A stretch of 57,886 nt of DNA from a virus. Lineage: Duplodnaviria; Caudoviricetes. Both the position numbers and the translations under genes were made by a program. The notes beneath the pieces were generated by a model, which was not told the DNA's origin, ran no database searches, and saw only the letters and a program-made list of their open reading frames with translations. This document shows positions 46,395 through 56,207 of this stretch, piece by piece. The DNA lies in IMG/VR virus record IMGVR_UViG_3300021403_000001, positions 1-57,886 of that record; one strand, 5' to 3'. The stretch's first letter is position 1, and each line of letters starts with the position of its first letter.

Positions 46395-46597
46395 CGCTTG
46401 CACCGCTTGGCCTTGGCGATATCGGCCTCTGAGACGCCTTTGGCGCGAGCGGCCTTCTCTGCCGCGGCTTCACCTCCAGCCTCTACAACGGCTCCCTTGG
46501 CCATCCAGCAGAAGAATGCGGACGGCTTGTCGTTGGCGAGTGCTGGGCCAATCATGATTGTGAGGCCGAAGATGATGGCCGTGAAGTGTCGGATCAT
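46391..46597 (-). CDS. Small secreted protein in the lysis cassette
   Basis: Signal peptide ...IGPALA; two Cys residues. Confidence 0.55.
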   Translation of the reverse strand: MIRHFTAIIFGLTIMIGPALANDKPSAFFCWMAKGAVVEAGGEAAAEKAARAKGVSEADIAKAKRCKR

Positions 46598-46983
46598 TTA
46601 GCGCCCTTTGGAGATTGAAACTGCGTTTCGTTGTAGCGCTGCAATGCTATATTGTGACGATCCAGACCTTGATGCAGCTTACTGAGGTCTTCGCGGATCA
46701 GGAGATTGTCCTGCTCCATATTTCCCTGTCTGACAGCAAGAGCGGCTTGCCGATCCTCAACCAAGGAAAGGCGTCGATCCGTATTCTTTAGATCGGTCAA
46801 GTTCGTCTCGACGCCTCTGACGCGAATGTCGAGCCCTTCAAGCTTACCGGTGACTTGCGTGTGGTTGATATCGATCTTGCCGCCCAACTTGACGACAAAA
46901 ACCGTGACCGAAATGATGTTGCCAAGGACAGTAACAATCCCGACCACTAGAGAAGCGATAACTCCGGGGTCCCACATTCCCAT
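46594..46983 (-). CDS. Single-TM coiled-coil protein (holin/spanin candidate)
   Basis: N-terminal TM then heptad repeats; downstream of the endolysin. Confidence 0.6.
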   Translation of the reverse strand: MGMWDPGVIASLVVGIVTVLGNIISVTVFVVKLGGKIDINHTQVTGKLEGLDIRVRGVETNLTDLKNTDRRLSLVEDRQAALAVRQGNMEQDNLLIREDLSKLHQGLDRHNIALQRYNETQFQSPKGAK

Positions 46984-47024
46984 GCGCCTCTAGTTACCCA
47001 AATGCACAAGAACGTGCGGCCCCA

Positions 47025-47369
47025 CTAGCCGCTGCCTTGAGTCGATGTGCTGGCCGTTGGCGCGGAAAGAACCGGAGAGTTCGGGCCACCCTTGCTGACG
47101 TGCTGCAACAGTTCCACGACCGCGCCGAGAACGTCGCCGCCGTTGCTGGTGGAGATGTCAGTAAGCGCGCGCTCGAGATACGGCGCGACAAGCACGATCC
47201 ACGGCTGCACCATGGCCATACCAGGGACGAACATGCCGGCAACGCCAGCCACGGTAGGTTCTACCTTCATCACGTTCTCTACAACTTTTTCCGCGGCCGC
47301 CGCGGCACCTGCGATCGTGCCGACCGTCGTTGCCGCCTGAGTCGTCTGTGCTACGTCACCCATAGTCAT
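47025..47369 (-). CDS. Hypothetical lysis-region protein
   Basis: RBS AGGAG; amphipathic helices. Confidence 0.6.
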   Translation of the reverse strand: MTMGDVAQTTQAATTVGTIAGAAAAAEKVVENVMKVEPTVAGVAGMFVPGMAMVQPWIVLVAPYLERALTDISTSNGGDVLGAVVELLQHVSKGGPNSPVLSAPTASTSTQGSG

Positions 47370-47377
47370 TCTCCTGG

Positions 47378-48760
47378 TTAAGCTACGTTTGGGGGTTGTG
47401 CCGCAACTGCGGCGGGTGGAACGGGCGGTACGGCGGCGACACGAGCTGGGCCGCGTGCGAGATTGAAGCCGTACAAAATTTGGGCGTCAGACAATGGCGT
47501 CGGGCGGCCAGCTTCGTAGCGAAACATCGCTTTGCCAAAGGCAAGCAACGTCGCGTCGTCGTCGAGATTGATATCGGCTTGCTCGCTAAGCCCTGACCAT
47601 GCCGCAACCTCCGCGACATAGTTGGAATAGTCTTGGCCGCCGCCGTAGCGGTTGATAATCGCGCTGAGCGTGGTGGCTCCAGCGGCGTGGTATTTCTGCA
47701 GCAGAGTGAACCACGCGGCGACACCGTATTCGGGTGTGGAGAAGATCACCGTCGAGTTCGCCTCTGCGCCCGACATCGATGTTACCTTGTCGCCGACGTA
47801 GCCGGGCGCGGTCTTGATCCACGGTGCCACATTGAGTGCGCCTGGATTGTTAGTGCGGATCGATGCCGGGATGCTCTTGTCGAAAGGAGTTGACGAGAAG
47901 TATCCGCCAGCAACCATCGCGCTAAACTCCGCATTCTGCGCGGGAGTGGCTGGGATAGTGGTGGCTCCGGAGACAGTGGGTGGAGCTTGGATATTCACCG
48001 GCGAGCCGGCCGGCATCATCACGGGCCCCGTCGTCGGCAGCGGAACTGATTTCGGCCAGACGTAGGCGCGGAATCCAAACGTCGGGCTATCCTTGGGAAG
48101 GGCCTCTTCCTGCACCATGTCGTTTTCGTTGCCCCCGAGCGTCCAAATCCGGGTCGCATCCTCGCCACCATAGAAGCCGACATGGCCCAACCCGCTGTTC
48201 TTGGAGTTGCGCCAGAAGACAACGAGACAGCCGAGAACCGGGGTCGCAATCTGGATAAAATCAGGATGGCTCAGGAACGACTGTGAGGAGGGCGAGCGTG
48301 TGCCGGGGACGCCAGCCTGCTCCAGCTTGGCGTTGGCCCAAATCGCGCACCACGGGTCGCCCAAGGCACCCGTGTGGGCCTGCTTGATGAATAGATCGAT
48401 GCCCTGATTGTCGCCGGTTTCGTGAAAGCCTATGTCGAGTAAGCCGAGCTTGAACCAGGGCGGGGCTGTACCGAACAGGCCAGTAAAATTGGGAACTTGC
48501 GCGCCGCTTGGACTTGGCGCGGCTACCGGTTTTGCCGGCGCGGGAAGAACTGGCGGCGAAACCGGCTGCGCAACCCCTGATATCACCTTGGGGCTGATCG
48601 GCTGCTGACCCGCCAAGGCCTGCGCGAGCAACGTAGAGAGGTCGTGATTCTGCTGTCCGGACTGCGATATCAGCGAGGCTAGCTTGAAGCACAGCCAGAG
48701 CAGGCCCCCGACCACGGCCAGCATGCAAAGCAGAGGAACATTCGTGAAAAAATCGGCCAT
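47378..48760 (-). CDS. Endolysin: N-terminal TM, TIGR02594/CHAP-like domain, lysozyme-like domain
   Basis: PWCAIWAN...VVFWR...GHVGFY...LGGNEND; IRTNNPGAL...FSTPEYG. Confidence 0.8.
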   Translation of the reverse strand: MADFFTNVPLLCMLAVVGGLLWLCFKLASLISQSGQQNHDLSTLLAQALAGQQPISPKVISGVAQPVSPPVLPAPAKPVAAPSPSGAQVPNFTGLFGTAPPWFKLGLLDIGFHETGDNQGIDLFIKQAHTGALGDPWCAIWANAKLEQAGVPGTRSPSSQSFLSHPDFIQIATPVLGCLVVFWRNSKNSGLGHVGFYGGEDATRIWTLGGNENDMVQEEALPKDSPTFGFRAYVWPKSVPLPTTGPVMMPAGSPVNIQAPPTVSGATTIPATPAQNAEFSAMVAGGYFSSTPFDKSIPASIRTNNPGALNVAPWIKTAPGYVGDKVTSMSGAEANSTVIFSTPEYGVAAWFTLLQKYHAAGATTLSAIINRYGGGQDYSNYVAEVAAWSGLSEQADINLDDDATLLAFGKAMFRYEAGRPTPLSDAQILYGFNLARGPARVAAVPPVPPAAVAAQPPNVA

Positions 48761-48880
48761 AAGCCGACTTTTGGGCTGTACTTATTGAAGGTTTTTCTTT
48801 GGGGTTGTGGGAGGCATCCCAGCTTGCTCGCGGGAGGGTTGTGGGGCTAGAACCTTCACGACAAACGATGAGGCGGCGAC

Positions 48881-49078
48881 ATGGGCACCGATGGCGGCTA
48901 CCGAGAGCGGTTCGATCGAGTCCTTAAAGAGAAGGAACTTATTGCCGTCCGCCGATGGGACGGCAACAATGGTTGGGGACGAACAACGCTGAACGAACGG
49001 CGTTGGTTCGCGGCTATCATGGTCGGTTGGCTTCTTGTCGTGATCGTCTTTGGCTTCTACAAGATATTTGCTGGCTGA
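48881..49078 (+). CDS. Small membrane protein (opposite strand)
   Basis: RBS GAGG; C-terminal TM WFAAIMVGWLLVVIVFGF. Confidence 0.45.
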   Translation: MGTDGGYRERFDRVLKEKELIAVRRWDGNNGWGRTTLNERRWFAAIMVGWLLVVIVFGFYKIFAG

Positions 49079-49204
49079 GAACCGCTGCGGAAACACAGGA
49101 TAGCGAGCGGAACGCTCGGGTTTACTAGGGCGAGATCGGGTCCCGCGAAATCCTAGTTAGTTTGCGAGACCCAGGCAGATCGTGCCTGCCTCCTGTGGCC
49201 ATCC

Positions 49205-51655
49205 TTACCGATACGCAGTGACGCTGTACGTCCCGTTCGCGATGTTGCCGGAGGCATAGCGGAGTCGGACGTTGGTGATCGTCGTCGCGGAAAAGTAAGC
49301 GCCGCTGGCGCCGAAGCTTATGTACCCTCCCGCCGTGTTATCCTTGTACGTCGACTGCCAGTTCCACGCCTGAAAGTCTCCGGCGTTGCTCTGTGGCGTC
49401 AGATTGATAATGGCCGACATGAAAAACCCGACCACTTGAGCGCGACATATCACCGGCAACGCAGCGGCGCCTCCGGCAATTCCGCCTTGGGTGCCTCCGA
49501 ACGAAGTGAATCCTCCCCCATAGCTATAATTTGCTGCCGTCGTGTCATAGCTCACGCCGCTATTGGTCGACACGATCATCTGCAGGTCTTGGTTCGCCGT
49601 CACCGGATCGAAACTGTTGAGGCGGATTTCGACGAACCGCGCGCCGGACGGGATAGGAATATCGACGGTCGCAACTGCCGAGACCGTCGTGACGGACACG
49701 GCTTGGTATGGCGAAGTGGAGAAGCCAGCGCTTGCATTTGGGGCGGCGGCCAGCGCGGTCGCAACGCCCGTCCCGAGGCCGGAAATGCCGGTCGAGATCG
49801 GCACGCCAGTGATGTTGGTGCCCGTGCCCGACGACGGCGTTCCGAGCGCACCACCGTTTACAACGTGCGATCCAGCAGTGCCCGTGTTTACTTTTAGTGC
49901 CGCCTCGACGCCGCTTCCGAAGCCTGTTCCGTTTAGCTGAATCGTCCCGGCTAGATTTACCGTCGTGCCCGTGAGCTGCACGGTCGAGCCGCGAAGCTCC
50001 ATACTCTTCAAGGTGTTGTTGGCGTCGTTGATGGAGCCAAACGAAACGCCGTCCGCGAGGTTAAAATTGGAGCCAACATAGAGATTTTTATCAGCAGCGA
50101 CATGACAGACGAACGGAACGCCCGTGATGCTGGTTGAGGACGCTCCGCACAAAATCGACGTGCTGCCGAATAGTGCAGTGAAGCCGCCCGTCGTCGGCGT
50201 CGTCGCGCCTACGGTGCCATTGATGTTGATGCTGGCGGTGCCGGTAAGGTTCGTGACGGTGCCGGAGGACGGCGTCCCGAGCGGCCCCCCGCTATAGAGC
50301 AGCGTTCCGCTCGCGGCTGGAAGTGACCACGCAAATGACGACGCGCTCGCCGGTGCCGACAGCGTGCTGAGGCCGCCTGCAGCTTGCCCGAACTTCACGC
50401 TGCCATCGCGCGATCCGGCATAGCCCGTGTAAATCGAACTGAGCGATGGCGCCTCGGTGTTCGACCAGAACTTGGTGAGGCCGTCGATTTCTAGCGTGGC
50501 GCTAGCATTGGTATTGTTGATCGCAGGACGCCCGGCGCTAGCGCTATATCCACTCAACCCGTAGAAATTCGAGTTTACGATCTTGTAATTGGAGTCCGCA
50601 TTCGATCCGTCGATGAAAAGCTGATTTGTGCCGAAGCCAAGACCGGAAAAATTAGCCGTGCGAAGCCATGCTACGTTATCGAACAGGACGTTCGCCTTGT
50701 GCGCAGTATTGGTGATCCAGATGTCGCCCTGCCCGCCATTGCCCTCGAACGACATTCCAGAAAATAACACGGTGCCGTAGCCGTCGCCGGGATCGACCAG
50801 CCGAATGCCGTAGCAATTGGTCGTCGTTCCGCCGCAGGCCGTGGAGCCGTTGTACTGGATTGATCCGCCGTACCAGGAGAGCGAATTCGGGTTGGTGACC
50901 TGAAGGCCGAACGTGGCGTTGTTCGATACCGTGGTCGAATAAAACGCTATCGAATTCGTGCTGGTAATGGTCGATGCGCCGTTGAAGCGCAGGCCGCCAT
51001 TATTGAACCGGAATTGCGAGCGCAAAAATTCTGACTGTTCAACGTCGGTCGCGTCGAACGCCAGGTCGAGCGCTTCGATATCCACGTCGTCGATATGGAA
51101 AAACGCCGCCTTGTTGATCTGAAGGCCGATGCTGCCTGCGTTGATCGCGCTGGCATTGCCTACAATCCGCAATCCCTTGACCATGAAATCGCTTTCAAGG
51201 GCGGAAGCATTGCCGGTGTATTTGATGAAGATGCCGGTGAACGTGGTGTTGATAATGCAGGACCGGCCCTGACCGTCGCCGAGCAATTGAATCTTGCCCT
51301 GAAACCGCGTGGTGATCGCGGAAAGATCGACGGTAAGCTGATTGGTTGTCTTGTAACAGGCGGTTGAAGCCGGGAAATACACCGTTCCACCGCCCGCGGT
51401 AATGGCTGCGGCTATCGCATTGTTTATGGATGTTGTGTCATCAGACGTGCCGTCACCCTTCGCAGAAAACGGCGACGATTTGACATTGATAAATGGCACG
51501 CCAAGATTAGCGGCCGCCCCGGCGGCGGTTGACGCGCCCGTACCCCCTTTCGGTATTGAAAGGGGCGATGTGCCGGGGTTCACTTGGGCAACAGCGGGCG
51601 TTGCCAACAGCAATCCAAGCAGGGCAAGTAGATAGAAATTGTTCGCTGGCTTCAT
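49205..51655 (-). CDS. Tailspike with a pectate-lyase-like beta-helix
   Basis: GGTGAST.AGA..NLG, INVKSSPFSAKGDGTSDDT and GGTVYFP motifs; two GGxLGTPSSGT repeats; signal-peptide-like N-terminus. Confidence 0.8.
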   Translation of the reverse strand: MKPANNFYLLALLGLLLATPAVAQVNPGTSPLSIPKGGTGASTAAGAAANLGVPFINVKSSPFSAKGDGTSDDTTSINNAIAAAITAGGGTVYFPASTACYKTTNQLTVDLSAITTRFQGKIQLLGDGQGRSCIINTTFTGIFIKYTGNASALESDFMVKGLRIVGNASAINAGSIGLQINKAAFFHIDDVDIEALDLAFDATDVEQSEFLRSQFRFNNGGLRFNGASTITSTNSIAFYSTTVSNNATFGLQVTNPNSLSWYGGSIQYNGSTACGGTTTNCYGIRLVDPGDGYGTVLFSGMSFEGNGGQGDIWITNTAHKANVLFDNVAWLRTANFSGLGFGTNQLFIDGSNADSNYKIVNSNFYGLSGYSASAGRPAINNTNASATLEIDGLTKFWSNTEAPSLSSIYTGYAGSRDGSVKFGQAAGGLSTLSAPASASSFAWSLPAASGTLLYSGGPLGTPSSGTVTNLTGTASININGTVGATTPTTGGFTALFGSTSILCGASSTSITGVPFVCHVAADKNLYVGSNFNLADGVSFGSINDANNTLKSMELRGSTVQLTGTTVNLAGTIQLNGTGFGSGVEAALKVNTGTAGSHVVNGGALGTPSSGTGTNITGVPISTGISGLGTGVATALAAAPNASAGFSTSPYQAVSVTTVSAVATVDIPIPSGARFVEIRLNSFDPVTANQDLQMIVSTNSGVSYDTTAANYSYGGGFTSFGGTQGGIAGGAAALPVICRAQVVGFFMSAIINLTPQSNAGDFQAWNWQSTYKDNTAGGYISFGASGAYFSATTITNVRLRYASGNIANGTYSVTAYR

Positions 51656-51700
51656 CAATTCCACACGGCAAATTGCTCTGTGGAATGCAGTCTTGGGCCA

Positions 51701-51720
51701 AACGGGTTGACTAATTTCCG
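51701..51720 (-). promoter_or_regulatory. Putative late-promoter motif, copy C
   Basis: Minus strand CGGAAATTAGTCAACCCGTT. Confidence 0.5.
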
Positions 51721-51724
51721 GCCT

Positions 51725-52246
51725 TTAATAGGCCCCCGAACCGTCAGGCAATGGCGTGAGAGTGATTGACCCACCGTTCCCGTCGATTCTGTAGACGTAG
51801 TTCACGCTGGCCATCTGGGTTTGGCCAGCCTTTGGGGTGATGGTGATGTTGTTAGCGGATGCCGAACCAAGAGCATCGACCACACGAAGCGCTTTGGTGC
51901 GCGCAGACCAATCAACGGTGATGGCCATAGGCAGCGACTTAACCAGGATCACTTCATCGGAGGGTTGTGCGGTATAGGCCGATCCGCTCGTGAGCGTGAT
52001 GATTGACTTGGCGGAAACAACGGCTGAGACTTGCACCAGCGAAGCAACGCCCGTCAGGACATTGTAGGCCATGACGTAAGTATTAGCTGGATCTGGGATG
52101 GTGGTCAGTTGCTGGAATGAGTTGAAATCCAGCTTCACCGTCCAAATTCCGTTGGACTTTGTGATCTTGATTCCGCTCGCGCCGGCAACCAGCGACGGGA
52201 AGTTGACCTTGGTATCGACGCGGAGATTGTACGGGAGGGCGTTCAT
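51725..52246 (-). CDS. Tail-associated protein
   Basis: Beta-rich; VVDALGSASANNITI; lies in the tail cluster. Confidence 0.6.
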   Translation of the reverse strand: MNALPYNLRVDTKVNFPSLVAGASGIKITKSNGIWTVKLDFNSFQQLTTIPDPANTYVMAYNVLTGVASLVQVSAVVSAKSIITLTSGSAYTAQPSDEVILVKSLPMAITVDWSARTKALRVVDALGSASANNITITPKAGQTQMASVNYVYRIDGNGGSITLTPLPDGSGAY

Positions 52247-52918
52247 TTAGTTTGTGACGCCTCCGTATGCGACTGGCAGTCGGCCTAGAAACAATTGCCG
52301 CGTGTCGATTCCGTCCGCACTGGTCAGCGTTGCCGCTACCGAATGCATCCCCGGACCAAGCGAGCGCATAGACGTTTCCGAGAAATAGACTTGGAAAATT
52401 CCGGTATCGACAATCGAGATGCCGTTGCCAATGGAGGCGGTCAGAATTGGCGCGCCCCAATCGTATTCGCCAACCGTGGCGTAAGGTCCGTAGCCATCCC
52501 TGTTGTAGCCGGGGCCTTTCGCCCTGCGGATTTCAAGCTGGATCGATACGCTGGCGACACTGAAGGTGATAGCGCCGGTCGTCGGATTATAACTCGCAAC
52601 CTGACCCTGCATGAAGTTGGTCGCATCGGACTGCGCGGCGAAGTTCACATATTGCCCAGCCGATATCGCGAGGCCGGCCCCGATGACAGCGTTGACGGTG
52701 CCGTTGCCGATGGTGAGATTGCTTGACGATTGAGCAGTCAGAACTGTGTCGCCGTAGAGCGCGTTCATCACCTGCACGTTCCAAGCTGAGAACGAGCCTT
52801 GACCGCCGATATTGGAAAGTGAGATCGGGTCGCCGGAGTCGTCATCATAGACGCCGATCAGCTGTGACCAACTCTCGCGGTTTGTAATTTCAGGGAACTG
52901 TGTTGACGGGGCGTACAT
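52247..52918 (-). CDS. Tail-associated protein
   Basis: FMQGQVASYNPTTGAI; synteny. Confidence 0.6.
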   Translation of the reverse strand: MYAPSTQFPEITNRESWSQLIGVYDDDSGDPISLSNIGGQGSFSAWNVQVMNALYGDTVLTAQSSSNLTIGNGTVNAVIGAGLAISAGQYVNFAAQSDATNFMQGQVASYNPTTGAITFSVASVSIQLEIRRAKGPGYNRDGYGPYATVGEYDWGAPILTASIGNGISIVDTGIFQVYFSETSMRSLGPGMHSVAATLTSADGIDTRQLFLGRLPVAYGGVTN

Positions 52919-53893
52919 CTACAACTTCCAGAAGTGACTTCCGAGAACGAATAGCCCCATGTTGTTGTGAGCCTGCCCGCCCGTGTTGGTTGATGTCCCG
53001 CTCAGTGACGCGACGCCAACCCAATTCCCGTTGCTATTAGACGGCGCTATATTGGTGGTCGCCGTGCTTGTGACCTGAATGCTGCCTATAGTTCCGCTTG
53101 ACAGCGCGATATTCGGGAATCCACCGCCGGGCGTAATGGTTGTGCTGATCCCAGTCGGCGTTTCCGTTAGCGTCAGTGTGTGGTTCGCTTCGCCGCCGTA
53201 GCCTGCAGCGGTCGTCACTGTGTCAGTGCTGCCCGGCATATTTGCCGAAGAGATGCGCCCCGCCGCAGCGTTGCCCATATCGTCAAGGCCAATCGGGCCG
53301 CGCCCGCGCATATCGAGCAGCGTGATTTGCTTGTTGGCGTTGAAGTCGGCCAATGCATTCGCGCCACGACCACCGACAACCGGACACTTCGCATCTGGAT
53401 AGGTGTTCCAGATGTAGAGGAATAGTGCCTGAGCCGATGCGTTAGCGAGTTCCGAACCGCCAGAGGACGCGTTGCCAATCGTGCGACCGTTGAGGCGAAC
53501 CCAACCAGTCATCGTGATAGCGTCGGGCTTCCACGTCCACATTCCAGTTGAAAAGACAGTCGTCGGGTCAACTGGCGTGCCGCCACCGCCAGAGCTGGAA
53601 GCACCTATCGACGGAACGGACGGATAGAAAAATCCGCCGTTGGCCTGCACGCCGAAGGCATCCGTCAGGCGCAAGCCGAAGGTGCCGTCGTTTACGAAAA
53701 ACATCGGGATACGGCCCGAAGCATCCGCCACCAGCGGATTCGTGGTCGGTAGCGTCAGTCCGATGTCCTGATAAACATTTGCGAGCGCGGAAGAACTGCC
53801 GCCCTGGTAGACGGTCAACAGCGCACCGGCCATCGGCTGGCCGTTGATGTCGTGCTGTTGGGTGTTTGCGGTTCCCGGAAAGGTGCCGGCCAA
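52919..53893 (-). CDS. Tail fibre / tail-collar domain protein
   Basis: NPLVADASGRIP head-binding-like N-terminus; GWVRLNGRTIG, LLDMRGR, GGEANHTLT and AHNN motifs. Confidence 0.75.
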   Translation of the reverse strand: MAGTFPGTANTQQHDINGQPMAGALLTVYQGGSSSALANVYQDIGLTLPTTNPLVADASGRIPMFFVNDGTFGLRLTDAFGVQANGGFFYPSVPSIGASSSGGGGTPVDPTTVFSTGMWTWKPDAITMTGWVRLNGRTIGNASSGGSELANASAQALFLYIWNTYPDAKCPVVGGRGANALADFNANKQITLLDMRGRGPIGLDDMGNAAAGRISSANMPGSTDTVTTAAGYGGEANHTLTLTETPTGISTTITPGGGFPNIALSSGTIGSIQVTSTATTNIAPSNSNGNWVGVASLSGTSTNTGGQAHNNMGLFVLGSHFWKL

Positions 53894-53932
53894 TGTCTAT
53901 CCGCCCGTTGTTACGGGCCGGATTGTGGCCTA

Positions 53933-53952
53933 GACTGGTTGCCTAAAATCCG
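53933..53952 (-). promoter_or_regulatory. Putative late-promoter motif, copy D
   Basis: Minus strand CGGATTTTAGGCAACCAGTC followed by CACAAT. Confidence 0.5.
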
Positions 53953-53965
53953 TGACCGGAGGCGG

Positions 53966-56206
53966 CTATTGCTGCGGCAGATCGTAGGGATTTTCCGGCG
54001 TGTGATCGGGCGCTTCCGGATCAGGCCCCTTGATAACGCGCTGTGCCAAAGTAGCGGCCCCGGCCGCGGCATTCTCGGGGCCAACATCGTAAGCTCCGAT
54101 CCGGGCACCAGCCGCAGTGGCTCGCCGCAACGCGTCGAGGTACGCGGGAGAACTAGCGACAACCTGCACGCCTTTCGCAAGAACGGCAGGATCGTCCGAA
54201 GCGAGCATTTCGCCCACACGGCGAGCAACGCGACTGTCGATTACCTTTGCGCCGTGACGAATCGCTCCGAAAGTGAGCGCCGCAGTGAGGACATGCACCG
54301 GGTTGAAATCATGTTCTTTGAGGCCTTCAAACGCGGCGACGGCCCCTCCTCCGGCCAATCCCGCCTCCGCAAACTGTCGCATCGTGGTCGAATTGCCCAG
54401 CGCCTTTCGGGCTTGGTCAATCACGTGCTCGGTACGCAAAAGGGCCTCGAGCTGGGCGGCTCGTTGAGGACCAAGGGCGAGATTGATCTTCTGCCGCGCG
54501 GGTCCGTTGTTGAGAAAGATGGAATTGAGGACGTTGCGGTTGTCCCCCGTTCTCTCGATTTTATCGGCCAAATCAGACGCAAATCCGCGGGCAAATAGTT
54601 CTCGCTCGGGAGCGCTCATCTTCGAAAGAGCGCGCCGCGCCTCGTTCAAGTTGGCGTTCGACATAACAAACTTTTGGCCTGCCTCTAGCGCATCTTCCGC
54701 ACCAAAGAACGCCGCGGCACCTTGGCGTGCAGCTTTGTATTCCGGAACAGCGGCGTCGAGATGCGCCACAAGCTGATTCTTGAGCGCAAGCAAATCAGCA
54801 GCTTGGCCCTTCTCACCAGCACGCATGGCTGCGCCGATCTTGTCGTCAAGGTTCTGCTTCACGGCATCCCAGAACTGGAGATTGGGGCGTGCGTTTCCGG
54901 CCAGAGAGACCGAGCCGTTAGTCCCGAATACAAAGGGATTTTTGACTGGGGTAAATCCCTGAGCCGCGGCTTTGTTCGCACCGGTTCTTGTCGCGTCTCG
55001 CGCGGCCTGTTGGAAGTCGGGGGACTTCAGGAGTTGCGCCAACCCTGAATGCCAGATGCCGCCTGCGCCCTTTGCGTAAGCCTTGGCATAGGCCGGTTTG
55101 TTGGCCACCTTGGCGGCTTGCTGAAGCACTTGGCTATCGGCATCGGCGTTCGCGCCGCCTGTGATGCGCCGAATGAAGTTGCCAACTCGGGGCGCCTGAG
55201 TGGCAAACCGATCTTGCGTTAGCTCCTCAAGGGCTTGGCGGCCTTCCGGAGAAGTGTTCGCCGCCGAACGGGCAAGTGCCCTGGTTCTCTCGCCGCCAGT
55301 ATCCACGATGGCCCTTGGTGTTCCTGCGGCGTTAGCAGCGGCAATGTCCTGCCGCGAGAGCTGCGGGCCTTGGCTTTCCATGTCAGACTGCAAAGCATTT
55401 ACAACGCGGCGCCCGGCCTCAGCGTCCACATCGCGCGTTCCTCGCAAGATCGAGACGCCCTTATCGATGCCTTGGCCAATCACGTGGCCACCAGCCGATG
55501 CAACCGTTCCAAACGCCGCGCCGGTTAGAGCCCCCTTTCCGCCTTCCTTTGCGATGGTCGCGGCGTCCTCGCCGTGCCCTATCGCATCGCCAGTGCCATA
55601 CAAACCGCCGCCGACAACGCCACCACCAATGCCGCGCGCGATTTTTGCTGCAGCGGTCGCGCCGCCTGCTACGCCCATCGGCGTCAAAAGAGCGCCGCCC
55701 AACTGGCCGGCAATATAAGCGGCTGGGTGTTGCTCCATCGCCAATTGTTCATCGCTTAGTTGGGCCTTCCGGCCGCGCTCATAAGCCGCCTGTACTTCCG
55801 GATCGGGATGATCGGAAAGATAGTTGTGCAGCACCTTGGCCGCGCCGACGATGGGGCGAATGGGGTTGAGGTCGATTTCATCAGGGTTTTTGGCCGCGCT
55901 CGGAATACCAGATGCTTCCGCTAGGCCTGCGATTGCTGGAGACGAACCGAAAGTCAGCGCATTGCCGATGCCCTTTACGGCGGACTCGGCGCCTCCAACC
56001 TCACGGGTTGGCGTCGCTTCTTCCGGTGGTGGCTTATCCGAAAACGCGGCCTCAAAATGGCTATCATCGGCAGGCTTTGGCGGTGCCGCATCCTTCGGCG
56101 GCTCGTCGCCGAAATGGGCGGCAAACGGATCATCCCGAAATTTGATGCTGACATCGCCCGGAGCGCGCGGACTAACCGCAGTGTCGATGGGCGCTACATC
56201 ACCCAT
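53966..56206 (-). CDS. Large internal virion / DNA ejection protein
   Basis: 746 aa; Gly/Ala-rich hydrophobic segments; PNLQFWDAVKQNLDD and PEYKAAR motifs. Confidence 0.7.
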   Translation of the reverse strand: MGDVAPIDTAVSPRAPGDVSIKFRDDPFAAHFGDEPPKDAAPPKPADDSHFEAAFSDKPPPEEATPTREVGGAESAVKGIGNALTFGSSPAIAGLAEASGIPSAAKNPDEIDLNPIRPIVGAAKVLHNYLSDHPDPEVQAAYERGRKAQLSDEQLAMEQHPAAYIAGQLGGALLTPMGVAGGATAAAKIARGIGGGVVGGGLYGTGDAIGHGEDAATIAKEGGKGALTGAAFGTVASAGGHVIGQGIDKGVSILRGTRDVDAEAGRRVVNALQSDMESQGPQLSRQDIAAANAAGTPRAIVDTGGERTRALARSAANTSPEGRQALEELTQDRFATQAPRVGNFIRRITGGANADADSQVLQQAAKVANKPAYAKAYAKGAGGIWHSGLAQLLKSPDFQQAARDATRTGANKAAAQGFTPVKNPFVFGTNGSVSLAGNARPNLQFWDAVKQNLDDKIGAAMRAGEKGQAADLLALKNQLVAHLDAAVPEYKAARQGAAAFFGAEDALEAGQKFVMSNANLNEARRALSKMSAPERELFARGFASDLADKIERTGDNRNVLNSIFLNNGPARQKINLALGPQRAAQLEALLRTEHVIDQARKALGNSTTMRQFAEAGLAGGGAVAAFEGLKEHDFNPVHVLTAALTFGAIRHGAKVIDSRVARRVGEMLASDDPAVLAKGVQVVASSPAYLDALRRATAAGARIGAYDVGPENAAAGAATLAQRVIKGPDPEAPDHTPENPYDLPQQ

Positions 56207-56207
56207 G

